DNA from: a virus
Lineage: Duplodnaviria; Caudoviricetes
IMG/VR virus record: IMGVR_UViG_3300021399_000119
Span: 51,544 to 115,543 of that record
Reading direction: 5' to 3' (one strand)
DNA: 64,000 nucleotides
Of the stretch, positions 46,828 to 53,299 are shown one piece after another. The notes below the pieces were generated by a model. That model saw only the letters and a program-made list of their open reading frames with translations. It made no database searches and was not told the origin of the DNA. The position numbers and the translations under genes were made by a program. Every line of letters begins with the position of its first letter. Within the stretch, counting starts at the first letter, position 1.

Positions 46828-47076
46828 CTAATAAATAGCTTCAAGATAACTACTATCTATTTCTTCTCCATCTAGTTGGAGTTCATAACTTATATCATTT
46901 GCAATTTCTTCACAAACTTGATCTTCTAAACTTTCGTATTCACAAGGTCTGGTATCTCTTATTTCTAAAAAACTATTCAACGAACCTGTTAACTCTTTAA
47001 TTCTATCAGAAACATCTTTTTTGTATATTTCATTACCAGACTTATTACAAAATACAGCCATTACTTTAATTTCCAT
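46828..47076 (-). CDS. acidic hypothetical protein
   Basis: ORF from MEIK with GGAG RBS; the ORF-track start overlaps the tRNA CCA. Confidence 0.65.
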   Translation of the reverse strand: MEIKVMAVFCNKSGNEIYKKDVSDRIKELTGSLNSFLEIRDTRPCEYESLEDQVCEEIANDISYELQLDGEEIDSSYLEAIY

Positions 47077-47099
47077 AATTTTCTCCTTGTTATTATACA

Positions 47100-47176
47100 T
47101 GGCGCCCCAACTAGGACTTGAACCTAGGACCCCCTGATTAACAGTCAGATGCTCTAACCAACTGAGCTACTGAGGC
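47100..47176 (-). tRNA. tRNA-Asn(GTT)
   Basis: Cloverleaf, loop CTGTTAA, CCA. Confidence 0.95.
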
Positions 47177-47187
47177 ACTAAGTATTT

Positions 47188-47376
47188 AAAATTATCGAGT
47201 AAAGGTTTAACGGCCGAGCTTACCTTTCTACTTCCTCAAAAAGTTACAACATTATTTTTTTAATGTTCACTATAACAGAATACACTTAAGTGCAGAGCTG
47301 GGGAAGGACAAGACGCTTATTCTATAGGTCGTGTTGTAAAGACCATCTTCGTCGTCAGGCTAACCTCGATAATTTT
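47188..47376 (-). ncRNA. putative ~190-nt structured RNA
   Basis: Closed by a perfect 12-bp stem aaaattatcgag/ctcgataatttt between two tRNAs. Confidence 0.5.
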
Positions 47377-47379
47377 AAA

Positions 47380-47456
47380 TGGCAGCCCCGACGGGATTCG
47401 AACCCGCGATCCCCTGCGTGACAGGCAGGTGTGATAAACCGCTACACCACGGAGCT
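47380..47456 (-). tRNA. tRNA-Asp(GTC)
   Basis: Cloverleaf, loop CTGTCAC, CCA. Confidence 0.95.
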
Positions 47457-47514
47457 ATAGTAATAAGTTCACTGCGACGAATAATTATAAGTTTTATATT
47501 TATTAAAATTTTTT

Positions 47515-47648
47515 ATAGGCAGGTGATTGGCCATCTACTAAATAGACTCCTCTATCGTTCGCTCCGTTCTCCTTTTAGTATTCTACTTATGTGACGAGTT
47601 ATCAGCCGTAGTACTCGGTGGTTGAACACCCCCTCTTGCCTTACCTAT
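47515..47648 (-). ncRNA. putative ~135-nt structured RNA
   Basis: GC-rich; closing stem ATAGGTAAGG/CCTGCCTAT. Confidence 0.4.
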
Positions 47649-47654
47649 GAATAT

Positions 47655-47849
47655 TTAAGCTTCAATTAAACCAATCTTTACTGGCACTAAATCCTTATAT
47701 CGAAATTTAATCCAGTTTGCTTTCCATAAAGCTTCACCTTTTCCTATAAATACCAAAGCATGGTTTATATTAGAAGTAAGATTATAAGTATTAGATAGAT
47801 ATAAACCTTGTCTATTTTTTAATATATAATTATCTTTTTTCTTTCTCAT
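47655..47849 (-). CDS. hypothetical protein
   Basis: 64-aa ORF with strong AGGAGGT RBS. Confidence 0.7.
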   Translation of the reverse strand: MRKKKDNYILKNRQGLYLSNTYNLTSNINHALVFIGKGEALWKANWIKFRYKDLVPVKIGLIEA

Positions 47850-47911
47850 ATAACTTACCTCCTTAACTAATTTTATAAGCTCTCGCTCTAGTCAATCTAC
47901 TACTAGTCAGT

Positions 47912-47985
47912 TGGAGCATCGAGTCAGAGTCGAACTGACGATCAGGGTGTTGCAGACCCTTGCCTTACCACTTGGCTACCGATGC
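47912..47985 (-). tRNA. tRNA-Cys(GCA)
   Basis: Cloverleaf, loop CTGCAAC, U73, CCA. Confidence 0.93.
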
Positions 47986-47992
47986 ATAATAT

Positions 47993-48071
47993 TGGTGCCT
48001 CGCATAGGATTCGAACCTATACTTTTTAATGGGTTTGAGCCATTCTTCTCTGCCAGTTGGAATAGCAAGGC
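47993..48071 (-). tRNA. tRNA-Leu(CAA), short variable arm
   Basis: AATGG-CTCAAAC-CCATT arm; TTCGAAT; CCA. Confidence 0.85.
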
Positions 48072-48074
48072 ATC

Positions 48075-48157
48075 TGGTGCGCCTGGCAGGACTCGAACCT
48101 GCATGCCGAAGCACTAGATCCTAAGTCTAGCGTGTCTGCCAATTTCACCACAAGCGC
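48075..48157 (-). tRNA. tRNA-Leu(TAG)
   Basis: Cloverleaf with variable arm; CCA. Confidence 0.95.
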
Positions 48158-48162
48158 ATATT

Positions 48163-48240
48163 TGGCGGACAGAGACGGGGTTGCACCGCCGACACTTGGA
48201 TTTTCAGTCCAATGCTCTGACTACGCTGAGCTACCTGTCC
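48163..48240 (-). tRNA. tRNA-Phe(GAA)
   Basis: Loop CTGAAAA; atypical T-loop TGCAACC; CCA. Confidence 0.9.
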
Positions 48241-48246
48241 ATCTAA

Positions 48247-48333
48247 TGGTGGCCCTGATCGGACTTGAACCGATACCCCCTTACGAAGAAGGGATTTTAA
48301 GTCCCTCGCGTCTGCCTATTCCGCCACGGGGCC
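48247..48333 (-). tRNA. tRNA-Leu(TAA)
   Basis: Cloverleaf with variable arm; CCA. Confidence 0.95.
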
Positions 48334-48339
48334 AAAAAA

Positions 48340-48940
48340 GAATCCCAGCATCTCATATGTATCCCGAAATTCTTGTCAGAAATATTCTAATTAAATTATC
48401 TCGCAAGCTAATTTATTATATATTTCCCGAACTACACTTTCGTGTATCCACTTCAGCGACGCATCGCTTAGTGTCTTAAAACATAATACTTTAAGGTAAG
48501 AGTAGAGTCAATTAAGACTCTTCCCGTTTCATAGTTTTTGTTCCATTTAATTAGCGTTGAAAACATTACTCTCACATAAACCCTTTCTCAACTTTTATAA
48601 AACTTACCTCCACTCGCTAATAGGATTGTGCACTCTAGCTAAACGAGTGTTAAAGTATTACAACAAAGATTTTTTCAAAACTCATCATCTAACGATAATG
48701 TTGATGGATAATCTTCAACCTGCTTCACTTCCCTCTTCGAGACGCACTGTTAAAGTAATCGAAGTCTTTGATTACACATCTACGGAATACGGTCTCCCGC
48801 AACCGCATCTATAATAATAGTATAGACTAATTTTACTTGCAACCTATTATTTAGTCAAGGCGACTTACAATAATTTCGTTACTGCGCCATTTCTTCTATT
48901 ACCACAGCTTCCCAAGAATATTTCTATTCAATTTAGACCG
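48340..48940 (-). ncRNA. large structured RNA, ROOL-like
   Basis: ~550-600 nt between tRNAs; long-range stems 48378-48388/48915-48925 and 48484-48494/48650-48660; size and context match ROOL, family unverified. Confidence 0.55.
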
Positions 48941-48950
48941 TGCTTTGGTG

Positions 48951-49032
48951 TTTCGGTACTCAGGAGTCGAACCTGGTATCGCTAGGTTATGAGCCTAGAA
49001 TGGTTTATAGATTTCCGTTCCACTCTACCGAA
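48951..49032 (-). tRNA. tRNA-Met/Ile2(CAT), atypical
   Basis: CTAGG-CTCATAA-CCTAG; TTCGACT; enlarged D-loop; 3' end ACACCA rather than ACCA. Confidence 0.75.
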
Positions 49033-49039
49033 GTTTATA

Positions 49040-49435
49040 TTAAAATTCTTGCCTTTTTAATTCTTCTAAACGTTTTTTGGTAGGTTCAATTGCTTCTAAT
49101 AACATTTCTTTTAACACATCTAATTCTGCGACTAAATCTTCTACATATTCAATAGCATCTGATGAAGTTTTTATTTCTGCTTTTGAAGCAGCTACTTTTT
49201 TGCCAATCTTTTTGTCGTATTCGTCGCCTTCACAAAGTCTAGCTATTTTTTTTGTTACAAAGCCCATGCTTGAATATTGTCCGTTAACAGTATTAAGTGC
49301 TTCTCTAACATCTTTAATTTTTCTATCTAATTTGGTGCCAAATCGGTCTTTAAAATAAGAAAAACCTTTAACAATAGTAGTAGTTCCATTATAAATTTCT
49401 TTTTGATTTTGATAACAAATAATTCCTTTTTTCAT
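49040..49435 (-). CDS. hypothetical phage protein
   Basis: ARLCEGDEYDKKIGKKVA..KA motif. Confidence 0.75.
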   Translation of the reverse strand: MKKGIICYQNQKEIYNGTTTIVKGFSYFKDRFGTKLDRKIKDVREALNTVNGQYSSMGFVTKKIARLCEGDEYDKKIGKKVAASKAEIKTSSDAIEYVEDLVAELDVLKEMLLEAIEPTKKRLEELKRQEF

Positions 49436-49463
49436 GCTAATGAAATCCTTTCTTATAATTAAT

Positions 49464-49706
49464 GAAAGTTTTTTGACTACAGGATAACTTTCAACCTGCC
49501 CACCATCCAGTGCGATTTATTATATTCTCACTTACGAATACGCTTTGCACAAACATTTGAAGGAAAAATTTTCCAAATAAATCGCAGTAGGCTTTCCTGT
49601 CACGGTAAACCTCTTAAAATGCCTGATCTTGAATTTATATAGCGAAACGCAGGGTTTTTTCGCTGGCCAGATTTTCTCAATTATGGATAGTTAGAAAACC
49701 TCAACC
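49464..49706 (-). ncRNA. putative structured RNA / leader with a 3' pseudoknot
   Basis: Stem tgcgatttatt/aataaatcgca; H-type pseudoknot CAGG/CCTG plus GAAAGTT/AACTTTC. Confidence 0.45.
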
Positions 49707-49717
49707 TTATAAATCAT

Positions 49718-49792
49718 TGGTGGAGGTGGCTGGAATCGAACCAACATTGTACAGGCGGTACCACTTCCTGACCTTTGCCAAAATTCACCCCC
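49718..49792 (-). ncRNA. tmRNA tRNA-like-domain-like mini RNA (Ala acceptor)
   Basis: GGGGGTG/CACCTCC-ACCA with G3:U70; T-arm TTCGATT; no D-stem or canonical anticodon arm. Confidence 0.6.
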
Positions 49793-49796
49793 ATAT

Positions 49797-49873
49797 TGGT
49801 GGAAGCGGAAAGACTTGAACTTTCAACCTCTCGGTTATCAGCCGAGTGCGCTAACCAGTTGTGCCACGCTTCC
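49797..49873 (-). tRNA. tRNA-Ile(GAT)
   Basis: Cloverleaf; CCA. Confidence 0.95.
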
Positions 49874-50136
49874 AGAGACCTCGGGTCCGAAGAACACCGA
49901 AGTATGATCCTGCAGATTTAGCCTCATCTGCAAAAGCCTCAGTTCTTTTCAAACCTGAACACTGATAAAACGGTTATATCGCTTAGTATGCCATGCGCAT
50001 CTGTCGATCAATTAACCAATATTTGATCCAAGCTAAGCTAGACTGTTTACACCTAACCTCCGACACAGACAACTGGTAGCATTTCGTTTGCTCACGCTTA
50101 TCTTTCTTGGTTAGAGGCATAAGAACCATTCCTCTT
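49874..50136 (-). ncRNA. putative ~260-nt structured RNA
   Basis: Multiple hairpins filling the tRNA-Ala to tRNA-Ile interval. Confidence 0.45.
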
Positions 50137-50137
50137 A

Positions 50138-50213
50138 TGGTGGACCTGGAGGGGATCGAACCCTCTACCTCCTGCTTGCAAGGCAGGCGTTCTCCCAGAT
50201 GAACTACAGCCCC
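50138..50213 (-). tRNA. tRNA-Ala(TGC)
   Basis: Cloverleaf; G3:U70; CCA. Confidence 0.95.
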
Positions 50214-50219
50214 AGAAAA

Positions 50220-50655
50220 AGCAAAGCCATGATTCGGCTACAATAAATAAGAGTCCTTTCAGATTTCTTCGGTACCCGCGAGCTCTTTCAAACTGCAAGG
50301 CATTCCTTCTATCTTCTTCATTCTTTTTATTTAAAGTCCCTACTACACTCTTTGCCACCGTTCACATTTCACATTTCGCCTGCTGATACAGGTCGTGCTA
50401 CTAGGATTTAAACGTAGTAATGAAGAATGTCTTCGCCTCAAGTATTGGTTCAATATATACTATATCAGTAGTAGTATATCTAAGCTGCCTTCAGTTGCAG
50501 CATCACATCCCCAGTTATTAGCCAGGTCTCTACCACTTTGTGCACCTAATGTTGTTGGGTAGTGGCACCCACCTCAACCTACCGACTCTTCCAGAACTCT
50601 CAACATTAGCGTATAAGTCCATCATCTACATACGTAGGCCTTCTTTACAGAGGAA
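50220..50655 (-). ncRNA. putative ~430-nt structured RNA
   Basis: Stems 50314-50322/50419-50427 and 50546-50554/50601-50609; hairpin 50454-50479. Confidence 0.5.
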
Positions 50656-50658
50656 TTT

Positions 50659-50733
50659 GGGTCAGGGTAGGAGGACTCGAACCTCCAACTTCCACGTTCC
50701 AAGCGTGGCGGTCGACCATTGACGTATACCCTG
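50659..50733 (-). tRNA. tRNA-Pro(TGG)
   Basis: Cloverleaf, loop CTTGGAA; 3' end ACCCA. Confidence 0.9.
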
Positions 50734-50743
50734 ATATGCTTTT

Positions 50744-50772
50744 ATTATATCTTATTATAAAAACTTTGTCAA
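50744..50772 (-). promoter_or_regulatory. sigma70-type promoter for the tRNA array
   Basis: TTGACA-17-TATAAT just 5' of tRNA-Pro. Confidence 0.85.
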
Positions 50773-50794
50773 GCTTTTTTTGATATTTTTTTAA

Positions 50795-51145
50795 ACAGCG
50801 AGCACAACCTCGCTAGCAGAGCCTAACTCTGGAGTTCCCCCAACTTTTGTTTCACAGCCACTAATAAGGTATTTAAGCGCTTAAATACATTAATTAGTAT
50901 CGGGGTGGTGGACCCGTGAACCCAGAGCCCTAAGGTATTCTGAGTATGATCATATGGATGCAAGGCCCGTTACCAAAACCCATTAGAATAAAATATTCTA
51001 ATGCGACCCGTTGAGTCGATCTACCTGACGTACGGATTTTCTTGCTACTCTGGGTGGTTATAGCTATTGTCCAAAGTATAATTACAGGTTTTTTCGCCAT
51101 GATAATCGAGTTCGAAGCTACAACCTGACTCATTTCATGGAGTGG
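50795..51145 (-). ncRNA. putative ~350-nt structured RNA
   Basis: acccagag/ctctgggt long-range stem; 20-bp palindrome 50869-50888; hairpin 50981-51003. Confidence 0.45.
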
Positions 51146-51150
51146 AATTG

Positions 51151-51236
51151 CGGAGCCTGTAGGACTTGAACCTACGCGCCTTTGACAGCCTAACAGTTTA
51201 GCAAACTGTCCTCTTCACCAACTTGAGTAAGACTCC
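51151..51236 (-). tRNA. tRNA-Ser(GCT), CCA not encoded
   Basis: Long variable arm, loop TTGCTAA; ends GCAA. Confidence 0.92.
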
Positions 51237-51245
51237 ATTTTTTAT

Positions 51246-51319
51246 TGGCAGGCGCAACAGGATTCGAACCCATGTCAACGGTTTTGGAGACCGCTGTTCT
51301 ACCGTTAAACTATGCGCCT
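51246..51319 (-). tRNA. tRNA-Trp(CCA)
   Basis: Cloverleaf, loop CTCCAAA; CCA. Confidence 0.95.
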
Positions 51320-51426
51320 ATGGGGGAGTACGGTTTAACTGCTTACTTATACTCCATAAGTGTCTTATGTTCCGTTGCATCCAGAGTTTCGCTGGAACTG
51401 TTTTGGCCTTCAACAGCTCTATTATA

Positions 51427-51487
51427 AGGCCTAGCTAAAAATTGATTACAAGTCAATTGCTTCCCAGCAGAAATAAGCATAGGCTCT
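51427..51487 (-). ncRNA. novel bulged-stem RNA motif, copy C, with tRNA-Thr anticodon-arm mimic
   Basis: AGAGCCTATGCTTATTTC-TGCTgggaAGCA-ATTGActtgtaaTCAAT-TTTT-AGCTAGGCCT. Confidence 0.75.
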
Positions 51488-51492
51488 ATTTA

Positions 51493-51578
51493 TGGTGGGC
51501 AGAGAAGGAGTTGCACCTCCGTTGTTTCTATGTGGCGGATTTACAGTCCGCTGCCCTCGCTACTAGGCATACCTACCC
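51493..51578 (-). tRNA. tRNA-Tyr(GTA)
   Basis: Loop CTGTAAA; variable arm; T-loop TGCAACT; CCA. Confidence 0.9.
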
Positions 51579-51582
51579 ATAT

Positions 51583-51657
51583 TGGTCACCGCAGTCGGTT
51601 ACGATCCGACCATACAAGGTTGAAAGCCTTGTGACTTCACCAGTTGTCTATGCGGCG
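51583..51657 (-). tRNA. tRNA-Glu(TTC)
   Basis: Loop CTTTCAA; atypical T-loop ATCGTAA; CCA. Confidence 0.85.
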
Positions 51658-51666
51658 ATTTTTTTA

Positions 51667-51741
51667 TGGGGTAATCTGCCAGAGTTGGACTGACGATTTC
51701 AGGGCCACAACCTGACGTGTTACCGCTACACCAAGATTACC
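51667..51741 (-). tRNA. tRNA-His(GTG) with encoded G-1
   Basis: Loop TTGTGGC; G-1:C73; CCA. Confidence 0.9.
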
Positions 51742-51875
51742 ATATTTTTTCGGGTTTTTTGGCACTTTTTGGCCTCGAAAGCACCAAAAAACCCTAGATT
51801 TTTGTTTTAAATACCGCAAAAAATCCTTGAAAAAACCGCTTTGCTCTGTAAGAGGTTTTTCTCCTCTTATCAGCA

Positions 51876-52406
51876 TTATTTTTTACTTTTTTTGATTAAA
51901 TCCAAATTATTCCATAAATAATCCATGAATTGAACCCAATTTAATTTTACTTGAGCATAAACATCAATTTTAGTAGCTATATCAAGGCATACATCTGTTC
52001 TATAGAATTTGCCCCATTTTTTAATATGTTCTTCTCTTTCTTTGACCAAACGATCAATTTCTTCATTTTCTACATATGGAGGCCAAGAAGTTAAAATAAT
52101 TTCCCACTCTGCTTTACTTCCATAGTAATAACTTAAAGAACGATTAACTTTTTCTTCAAAGAATTTAAAAGCTTCTTTTGAAGATTGAATTTCTTCATTT
52201 TCTTTTCCAAATTGTTTTTTAAGCTCTTTTTTAATATTAATTAAATCATTAAAAAAACTACAATGTTCAAAAATATTAAGAACTACAACTTTCCTTGCAC
52301 TCCAATCTTCATAAACTATATTCCAAACTAATTTTTTAGGCTCATTTAAATCATCATAATTTTTTCCATAACGATAAAAATTTATTTCACTTTTATCTGT
52401 CAACAT
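51876..52406 (-). CDS. hypothetical phage protein
   Basis: YYYGSKAEWEII..WPP...KIDVYAQV..NW..F.DY. Confidence 0.75.
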   Translation of the reverse strand: MLTDKSEINFYRYGKNYDDLNEPKKLVWNIVYEDWSARKVVVLNIFEHCSFFNDLINIKKELKKQFGKENEEIQSSKEAFKFFEEKVNRSLSYYYGSKAEWEIILTSWPPYVENEEIDRLVKEREEHIKKWGKFYRTDVCLDIATKIDVYAQVKLNWVQFMDYLWNNLDLIKKSKK

Positions 52407-52418
52407 AATAAGTCTCCT

Positions 52419-52592
52419 TTACTCTTCTATAGTTTTATTTTTATATTTTATTTTTCGAGTGTATCTTTTTTTATTTTTAAAAATAATTTTCGGATATTTA
52501 ATTTGCGCTTGCAAATGATCAGGAGCTGATATTTCTTTTTCTATTTCAACAGTTTCACCATTAAAATCTTTAATTTTTATTTTCTTTTTCAT
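52419..52592 (-). CDS. basic microprotein with ArfA-like tail (not in ORF track)
   Basis: 57 aa; AGGAG RBS; C-terminal FKNKKRYTRKIKYK. Confidence 0.6.
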   Translation of the reverse strand: MKKKIKIKDFNGETVEIEKEISAPDHLQAQIKYPKIIFKNKKRYTRKIKYKNKTIEE

Positions 52593-52687
52593 ATTGACTC
52601 CTTTGGCAAAGTTATTTATATGAAGTAGGTAGTCTCGGATGCCCGCTCCAACAAATAACTTTATTTAAAATTGGTTAGATATAATAT

Positions 52688-53164
52688 CTAATTCTTTTTC
52701 TTTGGACTACTTATTAGTAAATTGTCAAAAGGTGAAAAAACGTCAAAGAAGAAAGGATCATCAAAGAAATTATTAATAATTCTTTCTAAAGGCGTATTTG
52801 CTTTACCGTTTTTATAAGTAATAAATACTCCATTAGGATAATCTTTATTAAAATCATCAATTACTTTCTTAATTTCTGCTTTCTTTTCAAGATATTCTTT
52901 ACTAATTTCTTCGTAATAATCTTGTAATTCCTTTTCTAATTCTTTTTGTTTTTCAGCATATTTTTTATTATATTCTTTCTTTAAATCTTCAAGCTTACCA
53001 ACAGCTTCATTAAATTCTTTAACGCGCGCTTCTCTTGTTTTTTTAAGTGCTTGTTCTTTCTTTTCTTTTTCTGCTAATTGTTCTTGATAAACTTTTTCGT
53101 CGGCTTCTTTTGCCTCTTTAGAATAATAAGATTGTTTTGTTAATTCACTATAAATTTTTTCCAT
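52688..53164 (-). CDS. coiled-coil hypothetical protein
   Basis: 158-aa charged helix; GAGGAG RBS. Confidence 0.75.
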   Translation of the reverse strand: MEKIYSELTKQSYYSKEAKEADEKVYQEQLAEKEKKEQALKKTREARVKEFNEAVGKLEDLKKEYNKKYAEKQKELEKELQDYYEEISKEYLEKKAEIKKVIDDFNKDYPNGVFITYKNGKANTPLERIINNFFDDPFFFDVFSPFDNLLISSPKKKN

Positions 53165-53262
53165 AATTTTCTCCTCGGCACACTCTTAAATCTTAGTGCC
53201 TTTCTTTTGTTTTTTAATATTATATCAGTCCCGAGGCACACTGTTATAATCTTTATACTTAT

Positions 53263-53291
53263 ATTATATCATATTAGATAATGTTTGTCAA
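53263..53291 (-). promoter_or_regulatory. sigma70-type promoter
   Basis: TTGACA-17-TATAAT with TGn. Confidence 0.85.
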
Positions 53292-53299
53292 GTATTTTT

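Noticed and set aside
49464-49792. Classical permuted two-piece tmRNA
   Set aside because: Both acceptor strands lie in one 75-nt piece and I found no resume motif or tag ORF
50220-50655. RNase P RNA
   Set aside because: No GAGGAAAGUCC or matching P4 3' consensus
51370-51420. Hammerhead ribozyme (CTGTTGA...GAAA)
   Set aside because: The core is not CUGANGA and the three-stem arrangement does not fit
50098-51876. Minus-strand ORFs 50098-50358, 50930-51133 and 51664-51876
   Set aside because: They overlap tRNAs or structured RNA, and have atypical composition and weak starts
53177-53200. CIRCE heat-shock operator
   Set aside because: Only partial resemblance; arms and spacing do not match TTAGCACTC-N9-GAGTGCTAA
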